A stretch of 64,000 bases of DNA from Acidobacteria bacterium Ga0077534 (GTDB lineage: Bacteria > Acidobacteriota > Blastocatellia > Pyrinomonadales > Pyrinomonadaceae). The notes beneath the pieces were generated by a model. It did not search any database. It saw only the letters and a program-made list of their open reading frames with translations, and was not told the origin of the DNA. The stretch covers positions 411,343 to 475,342 of the forward strand of contig LNEI01000018.1 of assembly GCA_001464455.1 (NCBI GenBank), in the 5' to 3' direction. Shown here one piece after another: positions 19,936 to 28,887 of this stretch. Position numbers and translations under genes: made by a program. Position 1 is the stretch's first letter; each line of letters starts with the position of its first letter.

Positions 19936-20898
19936 CTAGGGGATCAGGACGATCTTTCCGAGTGCTTTGCTTTCCATGACCTGATGGTGAGACGACGCGG
20001 CTTCACTAAGCGGGATCGATAGGCGAATGACCGGGTCCAGGCTTCCCCGCGATAAACCCTCGAAGACCGCCCGGTGTATCTCGTCTCGTTCGTCTTGAGA
20101 CGAATTGAATAGCGACATTCCGTAGATCGTTGCATCCTTGGTCATCGCGAGACGCGGTGTGAATTGCAGCGAACCGCGACTACCGACGACGGTGATGCGG
20201 CCACGCATCGCAAGGCAGTCAAAATCGCGTTCGAGGTTGACGTTGGCAAGCATTTCGACGATCACATCAACGCCTCGTCCACCCGTAAACTCTTTTATCT
20301 GCGCGAAATGCGTTTCGTCGGTGTGGTCGAAGGCCGCATTTCCACCATTCGCGTGGATCAGATCCAGACCGTCTTTTGAACTGGCTGTGCCAATGACCGT
20401 GTAACCATTTCCCGCCAGCCACTGGATAGCCGCGATCCCGACACCGCCTGAGGCACCGTGTACTAGGACGGTTTCGCCAGGTTTCGCGGCGGCTTTTTGA
20501 AACAAAGCTCTGTAGCCAGTCGCGTAGGGCGTCCAGATACCTGCACCTTGTTCAAAAGTGACGTTGTCCGGCAAGCGGCCGAGGTCGGCCTCCTCGCAAA
20601 GGCAGTACTCAGCGTACGTTCCCGTGATCGAATTCGCAGTATAGACGCGGTCGCCGCCCTTCCATCTCGTCACCGCATCGCCGACAGCCTCAACCACCCC
20701 TGCGCCGTCCTTACCGGGCGTGTAGGGAAGTTTTGGCGGGTTTGGGTAAATGCCGGTTCGCAAGTACGTTTCGACCGGGTTAACACCAGCAGCATTAAGG
20801 CGCACGAGCACCTGCGACCCCGAAGGCCGCGGCGTCTCGACCTCTTCTATCTTCATTACCTCGGGTTCACCAAATTCACGGACGACGATCGCTTTCAT
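19936..20898 (-). CDS. qor: NADPH:quinone oxidoreductase (zeta-crystallin-like MDR family)
   Basis: MKAIVVREFGEPEVMK...GVNPVETY..R.G.Y....PYTPGKDGAGVV and the GASGGVG Rossmann motif. The track start at 20964 adds a non-homologous leader. Confidence 0.85.
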   Translation of the reverse strand: MKAIVVREFGEPEVMKIEEVETPRPSGSQVLVRLNAAGVNPVETYLRTGIYPNPPKLPYTPGKDGAGVVEAVGDAVTRWKGGDRVYTANSITGTYAEYCLCEEADLGRLPDNVTFEQGAGIWTPYATGYRALFQKAAAKPGETVLVHGASGGVGIAAIQWLAGNGYTVIGTASSKDGLDLIHANGGNAAFDHTDETHFAQIKEFTGGRGVDVIVEMLANVNLERDFDCLAMRGRITVVGSRGSLQFTPRLAMTKDATIYGMSLFNSSQDERDEIHRAVFEGLSRGSLDPVIRLSIPLSEAASSHHQVMESKALGKIVLIP

Positions 20899-20992
20899 AT
20901 TCCGAGTATCGCAAGAATTCTTAACCCGGCAAAACTGTCTTCGCGCGAGTCTGTGCATCGGCATCGCAAATTGATTAATCTAATCTCAATCT

Positions 20993-22264
20993 ATGCTCAA
21001 GCCCATATCAATATTGCTTCGGTCGTTTCTGATGTTCGCGTTTGTTTCTATCGCGGTTCCATTATTTGCGGCTTCGGCCCAGAAGCGGTTTTTGGTCACC
21101 GATTTCGGAGCTGTCGGCGATGGATCGACGCTAAATACACCCAAGATACAGTCAGCCATAGATCAGATCTCGTCGAAAGGCGGTGGAACGCTGGTCATTC
21201 CAAAGGGCGTGTTTATGAGCGGGGCGATCTTTTTGAAGCCGCGTGTGCATTTGCACCTCGACGAAGGTGCGGTCATCAAGGGCTCGGTCGATCGCAAAGA
21301 TTACCCTAAAATGCTCACTCGGATCGAAGGCCAGCAGATCGAATGGCTGCCCGCTCTAATCAATGCCGATAAGGTTGATGGCTTGCGGATCACAGGTTCT
21401 GGAACGTTAGACGGCAATGGTGTGCCGTTTTGGGAAGAGTTCTGGACGCGGCGGCGGGCTAATCCGGCGACGACAAATCTCGACGTCGAACGGCCGCGGC
21501 TCGCTCTGATCCAGAATTCAAAGGACGTCAAGATCAGCGGCATTACGTTCAAAGATTCCGGCTTTTGGAACCTGCACATATACCGCTGCAAAGGCGTCGT
21601 CGTCGAAAATGCTAAATTTGAGGTGAAGGACGGTCTGCGGGCTCCCAGTTCTGACGGGATCGATATTGATAGCTCGCAGAATGTGACCATCCGCGGCTGC
21701 ACGTTTCGGGTGGACGACGATGCGATCGCTCTAAAGGGCACAAAAGGGCCGTTCGCGATGGCTGATAAAAACAGCCCACCGGTCGAAAACATCCGCGTGA
21801 TCGACTGCGTCTTCGAACGCGGCCACGGCGTTTTGACGCTCGGCAGCGAGGGCACGATCATTCGGAATGTCGTGATCGAGCGAGCCACGGTCGTCGGCCC
21901 CATCGTCCTGATGCGGCTCAAACTCCGCCCTGACACGCCGCAGCAATACGAAAATATTCATTACCGCGACATCACCGTGAACAGCACGGGAGCCCTGATC
22001 GAGGTCCGGCCATGGCGGCAATTCTTCGACCTCAAAGGCCAGCCGCCGCCAAATTCCATCGTGCGAAACATCTCGATGACCAACGTCAAAGGCTCCTACG
22101 GCTCATTTGGCGAGATCCAGGGCAATCCCAACCAGACAACGATCAGCAACATCAAGCTCGAAAATATCGACGTGCAGCTCAAAACCGAGACTTTGAAGGC
22201 CGTGGGTGTAAAAGATCTGAGGCTGAAAAATGTAAAGGTGAACGGGAAACCGTTCACCTTATAA
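20993..22264 (+). CDS. glycoside hydrolase family 28-like (polygalacturonase/pectate-lyase fold) secreted protein
   Basis: Signal peptide. FGAVGDGSTLNT..IQ.AID, the catalytic-region pattern SSDGIDIDSSQNVTIRGCTF.VDDDAIALK, and a parallel beta-helix repeat pattern. Confidence 0.7.
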   Translation: MLKPISILLRSFLMFAFVSIAVPLFAASAQKRFLVTDFGAVGDGSTLNTPKIQSAIDQISSKGGGTLVIPKGVFMSGAIFLKPRVHLHLDEGAVIKGSVDRKDYPKMLTRIEGQQIEWLPALINADKVDGLRITGSGTLDGNGVPFWEEFWTRRRANPATTNLDVERPRLALIQNSKDVKISGITFKDSGFWNLHIYRCKGVVVENAKFEVKDGLRAPSSDGIDIDSSQNVTIRGCTFRVDDDAIALKGTKGPFAMADKNSPPVENIRVIDCVFERGHGVLTLGSEGTIIRNVVIERATVVGPIVLMRLKLRPDTPQQYENIHYRDITVNSTGALIEVRPWRQFFDLKGQPPPNSIVRNISMTNVKGSYGSFGEIQGNPNQTTISNIKLENIDVQLKTETLKAVGVKDLRLKNVKVNGKPFTL

Positions 22265-22272
22265 ATTGGACC

Positions 22273-22289
22273 GCAGGCTTCCAGCCTGC
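22273..22289 (+). terminator. stem-loop after the GH28-like gene
   Basis: GCAGGC-ttcca-GCCTGC, 9 nt after the stop. Confidence 0.35.
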
Positions 22290-22298
22290 AAGTTTCGG

Positions 22299-22315
22299 GC
22301 GGGCAGGATGCCCGC
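22299..22315 (-). terminator. stem-loop after glmS
   Basis: GCGGGCA-gga-TGCCCGC, 8 nt beyond the glmS stop on the minus strand. Confidence 0.35.
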
Positions 22316-22322
22316 GCTCCAG

Positions 22323-24185
22323 TTACTCCACCGTCACCGATTTCGCCAGATTTCTCGGCTGGTCGACGTCGCAGCCGCGGCGGACGGCGATGTGATAGGA
22401 AAGCAGCTGGAGCGGCACGATCGAGAGGATCGGGCCGAGCAGATCGCTGGTTTCCGGGATCTCGATGACGTGATTCGAAACCTTCGAACTCATCGTGTCG
22501 CCTTCGGTCAGAACGGTTACGATGATGCCATCGCGGGATTTTACCTCGACGATGTTTGAGTGCGTTTTTTCGTAGCGAAGTTCGCTCGCGGTATTGCCTT
22601 TTTCGCGGGTGTTGATGACAACGACGGGTAATTTTTCGTCGATCAGTGCGTTGGGGCCGTGCTTCATTTCGCCAGCGGGGTAGCCTTCGGCGTGGATGTA
22701 GCTGATCTCTTTGAGTTTCAACGCACCCTCGAGAGCGACCGGGAAGTTGATGCCGCGTCCCAAATACAGGAAGTCCTGGACACGGAAAAACTCTTTAGAA
22801 AGCTCTTCGATCGAATCGGCGTCGTTGAGAAGCTGCTCGATCTTCAGCGGTAATTCGGCGAGATCCTGTGCGAGCTTTTTGGCCCGTTCTTCGTCGATGG
22901 TGCCACGAACCTCGCCGAGATACATCGCAAACAGGTACAACGCAACCATTTGCGCCGTAAACGCCTTCGTCGAAGCAACGCCGATCTCTGGTCCCGCGTG
23001 CGTCAAGATGGTGCCATCGGCTTCGCGGGTGATCATCGAACCCTGCACATTACAAATCGCGAGGATCTTGCATCCGGCCTGTTTCGCCTCACGCATGGCG
23101 GCGATCGTGTCCGCAGTTTCGCCAGATTGCGAGATCACGATTATCAGATCGGTCTCGCTCAAAACGGGTTCGCGATAGCGGAACTCCGAAGCATAATCGA
23201 CCTCGACCGGCACACGAGCAAGCGCTTCGATCATATACTTTCCGGCAAGCCCGGCGTGCCATGAGGTTCCGCAGGCGGCGATCTTGACTGACGTTATCGC
23301 CTTCAGATCATCAGCCGAAATGTCCATCGGGTCGAGATATACGCGACCCGTATCGAGCGAAACGCGGCCCTGAACGGTATCGCGAACCGCACGCGGCTGT
23401 TCGTATATCTCCTTCAGCATGAAGTGTTTAAAGCCGCCTTTCTCCGCCATGATCGGGTCCCACGTGATCCGCTGCTGGGTTGGCTGAACGGTGTTCCCGT
23501 CAAAATCGGTGACACGAACCGATTCCTTCGTCAGGATCGCGATCTCGCGGTCACCGAGGAAAAACACGTCTCGCGTATGCTGCAAGATCGGCGGAATGTC
23601 GGACGCGACAAAAAATTCCCCATCGCCCATTCCGATAACGACCGGCGGGCCTTCGCGAACCGAGATGATCATGTCCGGCTCATCGACCGAGATGATCGAG
23701 AGGGCAAAAATGCCGCGCAGTTCCTTCACCGATTTACGAACGGCCAATTCAAGCGACAGGTTTTCCGTGTCTTTGTAATGGCCGATGAGGTGAGCGACTA
23801 CCTCCGTATCGGTCTCGGTGTCGAACTTGTGACCTTCGCCCTCGAGACGTTCTTTGAGAGTCAGATAATTCTCGATAATGCCGTTGTGGACGACAACAAC
23901 TTTACCGGACTGATCGCGGTGCGGGTGAGCATTTTCCTCGGTCGGACGCCCGTGCGTCGCCCAGCGGGTGTGGCCGATCCCGTAATTGCCATCGAGCGGA
24001 TTCAGCCGGATCACTTCCTCAAGATTTCGCAGTTTCCCCTCGGCCCGCCGCAGGCTCAGGTGATTTGCATCATCGATCACCGCGATCCCCGCCGAGTCAT
24101 AACCGCGATACTCGAGCTTACGCAAACCGTCGATGATCAACGGTACAACTTGTTTATTTCCAACGTATCCAACTATTCCGCACAT
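22323..24185 (-). CDS. glmS: glutamine--fructose-6-phosphate aminotransferase
   Basis: Starts MCGIVGYVG (Ntn Cys), has two SIS domains, and ends KSVTVE. Confidence 0.95.
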   Translation of the reverse strand: MCGIVGYVGNKQVVPLIIDGLRKLEYRGYDSAGIAVIDDANHLSLRRAEGKLRNLEEVIRLNPLDGNYGIGHTRWATHGRPTEENAHPHRDQSGKVVVVHNGIIENYLTLKERLEGEGHKFDTETDTEVVAHLIGHYKDTENLSLELAVRKSVKELRGIFALSIISVDEPDMIISVREGPPVVIGMGDGEFFVASDIPPILQHTRDVFFLGDREIAILTKESVRVTDFDGNTVQPTQQRITWDPIMAEKGGFKHFMLKEIYEQPRAVRDTVQGRVSLDTGRVYLDPMDISADDLKAITSVKIAACGTSWHAGLAGKYMIEALARVPVEVDYASEFRYREPVLSETDLIIVISQSGETADTIAAMREAKQAGCKILAICNVQGSMITREADGTILTHAGPEIGVASTKAFTAQMVALYLFAMYLGEVRGTIDEERAKKLAQDLAELPLKIEQLLNDADSIEELSKEFFRVQDFLYLGRGINFPVALEGALKLKEISYIHAEGYPAGEMKHGPNALIDEKLPVVVINTREKGNTASELRYEKTHSNIVEVKSRDGIIVTVLTEGDTMSSKVSNHVIEIPETSDLLGPILSIVPLQLLSYHIAVRRGCDVDQPRNLAKSVTVE

Positions 24186-24189
24186 AATT

Positions 24190-24642
24190 TTATTGGGACT
24201 GTCTAACCGCAGTTAGAAACTCGTAAGGATCGACAATTTTCAGATTTGGGTAAGTTGCGACTAAAGTGTCGTCGCCAGACAATTCGAGCAGGTCTTTATC
24301 CCTTGAAACCAGATATTCGGCACGGGTTGCGATCGCAAGATCAACGATCATCGCATCATCTGGATCACGGTCAAGCTGGAACAACCTTTCAGTCGATGGC
24401 ACCCAAGTCCCATACTTCCTGATCTTCCGTACCAGATCAGCCGTGGAAGGCGACCGCACTCTCCAGTACTTCTCCCGCACCTTTGGTCGTAACAGGAAAT
24501 CGTCGACCTCCTGAAGAATTTCAGGGCGAACGAAAACCAGGATACGCCCGGCAAATAGTTCATTGACACAAGCACTACCCGGACCCGTTTCGCTGAGTAT
24601 CGCCTGAATGAAGATATTTGTGTCAAATACCGCCGAGATCAT
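24190..24642 (-). CDS. PIN-domain toxin (PIN_3 / TIGR00305-like)
   Basis: 150 aa. VFDTNIF (first acidic residue), [19 protein letters not shown] and [10 protein letters not shown] match the PIN acidic quartet layout. An ATGA overlap links it to the upstream small ORF. Confidence 0.75.
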   Translation of the reverse strand: MISAVFDTNIFIQAILSETGPGSACVNELFAGRILVFVRPEILQEVDDFLLRPKVREKYWRVRSPSTADLVRKIRKYGTWVPSTERLFQLDRDPDDAMIVDLAIATRAEYLVSRDKDLLELSGDDTLVATYPNLKIVDPYEFLTAVRQSQ

Positions 24643-24893
24643 TTGGCGAGAAGTCGTCGCTCCTGGCGAACCGCGGCAAGTTCCGTATCTATGAGTTCGT
24701 CAAGTTCGGCGTCGGTTATGCCCAACCGCTTGGTCTCCGCATGAAAGGGAGCTACTAGCTCATCCCATGTCGGTTCTTTCGCTCCCCGTTCGACCATTTC
24801 TCTGACAAAAACATCGAACGATTTTCCGTTGCTCTTAGCTTGCTGCTTAAGCCTCGTCTCCGCTTCCTTTGAAATTTCAATCGTGATACTCAT
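24639..24893 (-). CDS. putative antitoxin partner of the PIN toxin
   Basis: 84 aa, acidic C-terminal half, and a 4-nt overlap with the PIN gene. No recognised DNA-binding motif by eye. Confidence 0.55.
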   Translation of the reverse strand: MSITIEISKEAETRLKQQAKSNGKSFDVFVREMVERGAKEPTWDELVAPFHAETKRLGITDAELDELIDTELAAVRQERRLLAK

Positions 24894-24928
24894 AGCCTTA
24901 GTTAGCCCAGTTTAACATACGACAATCT

Positions 24929-26296
24929 CTATCGGCGCAAGCTTTTGGCTGGCACACCCACGACCAATTCATTCTCCGCGACGTCCTTGGTCACCACGCT
25001 TCCCGCTCCCGTACTAGCTCCATCGCCCACAGTTATTGGAGCGACAAGCATCGTATCCGAACCAATCTTTACGCCGTCACCGATGACGGTGGCGTGTTTG
25101 TTTTTGCCGTCGTAATTGCAGGTTATGGTGCCCGCACCGATGTTGGTTTTTTCGCCGATGGTGGCGTCGCCGAGGTAAGTTAGGTGGCTGGCTTTGGAGC
25201 CTTTTCCTAGCGTGGTTTTCTTTAGTTCTACGAAATTTCCCACTTTTGATCCCTCGACCATAACGGCGTGGCCGCGGAGATGGGCCATGGGACCGACGGA
25301 GCAGGTGTCGCCGACGGTGGAATCGGTTATAAAGGAGTTGTCTTTGATCTCGACGTTGTTACCGATGGTCGAATTAACTATGCGAACACCGGGGCGGATC
25401 GTGCAGTTTTCTCCGATCACCGTTTTGCCTTCGATAGTGACGTTTTGGCTGATAACCGTGTCGCGTCCGATGGAGGCTTTCGCGCTGATGTAGGCGGATT
25501 TTGGATCTATGAAGGAGACACCGCTTTCAAGCATCAGTTTTTCGACGGTGCGGCGACGGATGACCTTTTCCATCGCAGAGAGCTGACGACGGTCATTGAC
25601 GCCTTCGACCTCGCGGGGATCGTTGCAGACGTGAATGGCGATGGTTTCGCCGTCACCCGCGAGGATCTGCGGAACGTCGGTCAGATAATATTCGCCCTGA
25701 GCATTGCTGTTTCCGACGCGTGACAGTGCGGCGTAGAGTTTTCGCGTGTCGAAACAATAGATACCCGAATTAATCTCGGAAACTTTTCTTTGTTCGTCGG
25801 TCGCATCTTTTTGCTCGACGATCTGCTGGAAATTGTTTTCCGAATTTCTGATGACCCGCCCGTATCCGGACGGATCTTTTAGGTGGACAGAAAGAACCGT
25901 ACACGCCGCACCGCTTTCCGAGTGAACTCTGACGAGCGCCGCCAGTGTCTCAGCCGTAATCATCGGCACATCGCCTGACAAAACAAGCAGCGTCGAATCG
26001 TCATTTTCCAAAAACTCACGAGCCGCGTTCACCGCATCGCCGGTTCCGAGCTGCTGTTTTTGCAGTGCAAATCGGGCCTTGTCTTCGGTGAGTTCATTTA
26101 AGACCGCAGCTTTCACGTCGTCGGCCTGATGCCCAACGACCGTGTAGATCGAACGCGGCGAAAGTTCCGACGCGGTTTCGCAGACGTGATTAATGAGCGG
26201 CCGGCCGTCGAGTTTGTGAAGCACCTTGGCGAGGTTAGACCTCATTCGGGTGCCGAGTCCGGCGGCGAGGATCAGGATGTTGAGGTTAGGGTTCAT
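24929..26296 (-). CDS. glmU: bifunctional UDP-N-acetylglucosamine pyrophosphorylase / glucosamine-1-phosphate N-acetyltransferase
   Basis: ILAAGLGTRMRS..AKVLH at the N-terminus and a long hexapeptide-repeat C-terminal domain ending in NYDG..K..T.IGD. Confidence 0.93.
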   Translation of the reverse strand: MNPNLNILILAAGLGTRMRSNLAKVLHKLDGRPLINHVCETASELSPRSIYTVVGHQADDVKAAVLNELTEDKARFALQKQQLGTGDAVNAAREFLENDDSTLLVLSGDVPMITAETLAALVRVHSESGAACTVLSVHLKDPSGYGRVIRNSENNFQQIVEQKDATDEQRKVSEINSGIYCFDTRKLYAALSRVGNSNAQGEYYLTDVPQILAGDGETIAIHVCNDPREVEGVNDRRQLSAMEKVIRRRTVEKLMLESGVSFIDPKSAYISAKASIGRDTVISQNVTIEGKTVIGENCTIRPGVRIVNSTIGNNVEIKDNSFITDSTVGDTCSVGPMAHLRGHAVMVEGSKVGNFVELKKTTLGKGSKASHLTYLGDATIGEKTNIGAGTITCNYDGKNKHATVIGDGVKIGSDTMLVAPITVGDGASTGAGSVVTKDVAENELVVGVPAKSLRR

Positions 26297-26307
26297 ATCG
26301 CGTCGGA

Positions 26308-26392
26308 ACCGGGAACGAAAGTGACCGGGGTCTTAAAGATTACACTCCGTGTACTGAGAGTTCAGAGAGCCCCGGTCACTATCGTTCCCGGT
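26308..26392 (-). promoter_or_regulatory. 23-bp near-perfect inverted repeat between the yvcK end and the glmU start
   Basis: ACCGGGAACGAAAGTGACCGGGG (26308-26330) matches the reverse complement of 26370-26392 (ACCGGGAACGATAGTGACCGGGG) at 22/23 positions. The loop is 39 nt. One arm encodes the last residues of YvcK (PGTIVTGA). The other arm ends 12 nt upstream of the glmU ATG. Confidence 0.75.
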
Positions 26393-27435
26393 ACTGACTC
26401 TCGGATCGGCATTCTTTCTCTTGGCTGTAAAGCACACAACAAAAGGACTTGGGCGAGCTTTGCCGGATGATGCCGCACCTTTTCGCCGTCGTCTAAAAGG
26501 TTACCATAGACGATCTCGGCGCCCTCGATGGTTTCGGGCGAGATCGAGCCGTGGACGCCTATCTGCTCGGCACCTTCTTCGGTATAAAGCTGCTGCTGAT
26601 GCTCGGTGATCGGGCGGTTATTGACTATAACGTAGTCAAATTCGAGATTCGGAGCGTACTGTTTGACGATCTCTATGTGAGCCCGAGCCGATAGCCCATC
26701 GGTCTCGCCCGGTTGGGTCATCAGATTGCAGACGAAGATCTTGACCGCCCGCGAATGCGATATCGCATCCGCGACCCCGTCTACCAGGATCGGCGGCAAA
26801 AGACTCGTATAGAGCGAGCCGGGGCCGATCGAGATAACATCGGCTTCGGCAATTGCCGTCAGGGTCTCAGGCATCGGTTTGCAGTCGCGCGGTTCGAGAT
26901 ATAGCCGCTTTATCGCCTGCCCGACCTTGCCGATCCGCGTCTCGCCGCGAATAACCGTCCCGTCATAAAGTTGTGCCGCGAGTCGCGCGTCGGCGACGGT
27001 GGCCGGATAGATGTGGCCTTTGCTGGCAAGTATCTCGGACGAGAGTTTTACCGCTTCGGCAAAATCACCAGTGATCTCGGACAGGGCCGCAAGAAAAATA
27101 TTACCGAAACTATGCCCGCCGAGGTCACCATCGCCACGAAAGCGATGCTGAAAAAGCTGCGACAGCAGCCGCGAATCCTCGCTGAGAGCCACCATGCAAT
27201 TTCGAATGTCGCCCGGCGGCAGCATTTGCAGCTCGTCACGGAGCCTTCCTGAGCTTCCACCGTCATCGGTCACCGCAACGATGGCCGAAAGATTGTCGAG
27301 CCAGATCGGCTCCATCACGCTCGCGTTTACGAACCGCTTTAGCCCCGACAAAAGAGTCGACAGCCCGTTCCCGCCACCGATGGCAACGAAGTTCAAGCCT
27401 GTCGAATTGTCCGAAAATAAGTGGTTCTTCATCAA
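26362..27435 (-). CDS. yvcK: YvcK/GlmR-family gluconeogenesis factor (CofD-like, UPF0052)
   Basis: VAIGGGNGLSTLLSGLK, TDDGGSSGRLR, PPGDIRNC and IGPGSLYTSLLP are YvcK hallmarks. Confidence 0.88.
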   Translation of the reverse strand: MMKNHLFSDNSTGLNFVAIGGGNGLSTLLSGLKRFVNASVMEPIWLDNLSAIVAVTDDGGSSGRLRDELQMLPPGDIRNCMVALSEDSRLLSQLFQHRFRGDGDLGGHSFGNIFLAALSEITGDFAEAVKLSSEILASKGHIYPATVADARLAAQLYDGTVIRGETRIGKVGQAIKRLYLEPRDCKPMPETLTAIAEADVISIGPGSLYTSLLPPILVDGVADAISHSRAVKIFVCNLMTQPGETDGLSARAHIEIVKQYAPNLEFDYVIVNNRPITEHQQQLYTEEGAEQIGVHGSISPETIEGAEIVYGNLLDDGEKVRHHPAKLAQVLLLCALQPRERMPIRESVPGTIVTGAL

Positions 27436-27805
27436 ACGCCAGAAGATAGCCGCTGTCGGGCTGCCTACGAGAATAGATTATGCTTTTTTCGAGTTTAGTG
27501 GGCGAACAAGGAGGATGAAAAATGTGGGATTGCCGAAACCCGGCAAAATGATAGTAACATCCCGCTGTGATCTTCCGCAAGATTTTTTCCCACGATCCGT
27601 TGAAGCATTTCGCTGCTTGTTTCTCGAAGCGCGAACGGAAGCGAAAGCATTTCTCAGCTTGACTTTTAGTTGCATCTATGCAACACTCTCTTAACGCTCG
27701 CGGTCGTGCTCGCGATGAAGATCTTTGAGAATGTAATAGAACGATTCGGCTTTCGCGATTGATCGAAAAAAATCGTTCCGGAACGCCTTTGATCATTTTT
27801 CACAA

Positions 27806-27858
27806 GTGGAACGATATTTTCGCGTAACCCTCGCTAACCCAACAGTTACGCGTTCCAC
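27806..27858. other. two-helix stem-loop in a long intergenic region
   Basis: GTGGAAC g-atattttc-GCGTAAC, a 16-nt loop, then GTTACGC GTTCCAC. This gives 14 paired bases with one 8-9 nt bulge. Confidence 0.4.
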
Positions 27859-28059
27859 TTTCAGCAGGCATGTGGAACGGCCCTCAGATCTAATTTCGGA
27901 ACTAGACATCTTTTGTTATTTCGCAAGTGAGACGATTTGATAGCCGCCTGCGGTGCCGAATATTCGAGAAGGAAATTGCGTCGCGATCCGGGGCTCAACA
28001 ATAAAACGGCCCACCAAGCGAACACAGCAATTCCCTGTATCAGGTAATAAATAAATGCG

Positions 28060-28746
28060 TTGATCCCAGCAAAAATGTCTGAAACCGCGATCTTATCGAT
28101 GAGCCGACACATCTCCTTAAACGAGCAAAGCCTTAAGCAGGCGTGCCTTGAGTTGTCCCGTGCCCACCCGGAGATGAAGCTCGTTTATGAGTCATACGGA
28201 GCACCGCCGATGTGGGACCGGCCGCCCGGCTTTCCTACTTTGTTGAATATCATTCTGGAACAGCAGGTTTCGCTGGCTTCGGCAAAGGCTTGTTTTGATA
28301 AGCTGACGGCGTTTATTGGCGAGATCACGCCGGAAAATTTGTTGAAATTAAACGACACCGAATTGAAGACAATTGGCTTCAGCCGACAAAAAACCGCGTA
28401 CGGCAGGCATTTGGCAGAAGCGTTGATCGATAAGCGATTCGATTTTGAATCGATCCACCTGCTGCCCGACGAGGAAGTTAAGGCGGAGATGCTAAAGCTC
28501 AAAGGCGTCGGCGAGTGGACATGCGATGTCTACCTGCTAATGGCGATGCTCCGGCCAGACGTGATGCCGCGGGGGGATATTGCTTTACACGCCGCTTATC
28601 AGAAGCTGACCGCCATGGAGAAACGTCCCGGTTCAGACGAATTTATTGCGATCGCCGAGAAATGGCGGCCGTTTCGTTCGGTTGCGGCAAGGCTGTTGTG
28701 GCATTTTTATTTAAGCGAACGCGCCGCGAAGCAAGGGCGATACTAA
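28060..28746 (+). CDS. alkA: DNA-3-methyladenine glycosylase II family (AlkA-like HhH-GPD)
   Basis: FPTLLNIILEQQVSLASA, the helix-hairpin-helix LKGVGEWTCDVYLL, and the catalytic-region D in MPRGDIAL. The start is uncertain (28060, 28075 or 28099). Confidence 0.8.
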   Translation: MIPAKMSETAILSMSRHISLNEQSLKQACLELSRAHPEMKLVYESYGAPPMWDRPPGFPTLLNIILEQQVSLASAKACFDKLTAFIGEITPENLLKLNDTELKTIGFSRQKTAYGRHLAEALIDKRFDFESIHLLPDEEVKAEMLKLKGVGEWTCDVYLLMAMLRPDVMPRGDIALHAAYQKLTAMEKRPGSDEFIAIAEKWRPFRSVAARLLWHFYLSERAAKQGRY

Positions 28747-28887
28747 CAACGGGCGGGCTTTCGCGATCGTTGTTAACAAAATCCCCCGTGCATTCGTCAT
28801 TTAGTTCGGTTATTATCGGCAACACTAACGAACATTGCCGCATCTTTTACGTAAAGAGAATCGACTTAGGTTTTATCGAGGTTTTTC

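Noticed and set aside
20497-21309. 270-aa plus-strand ORF spanning the qor antisense strand and the GH28 start
   Set aside because: It overlaps two well-supported genes and has a non-protein-like sequence.
22264-22275. Shared 12-mer AATTGGACCGCA at the start of two terminators (22264-22275 and 39160-39171) as a terminator-associated repeat family
   Set aside because: On the order of one hundred identical 12-mer pairs are expected by chance in 64 kb on two strands. The similarity does not extend beyond the 12 nt.
24186-24200. glmS ribozyme upstream of glmS
   Set aside because: Only 4 nt separate glmS from the preceding PIN gene, so there is no room for the ~170-nt ribozyme. No conserved ribozyme core was recognised inside the PIN coding region.
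27194-27796. ORFs 27194..27694 (plus) and 27263..27796 (minus) in the yvcK-alkA spacer; also 27861..28112 (minus)
   Set aside because: The first two overlap yvcK or each other and have Arg/Cys/Ser-rich composition. The third has one plausible hydrophobic helix but overlaps the alkA start and lacks an RBS. This is not enough to call a gene.
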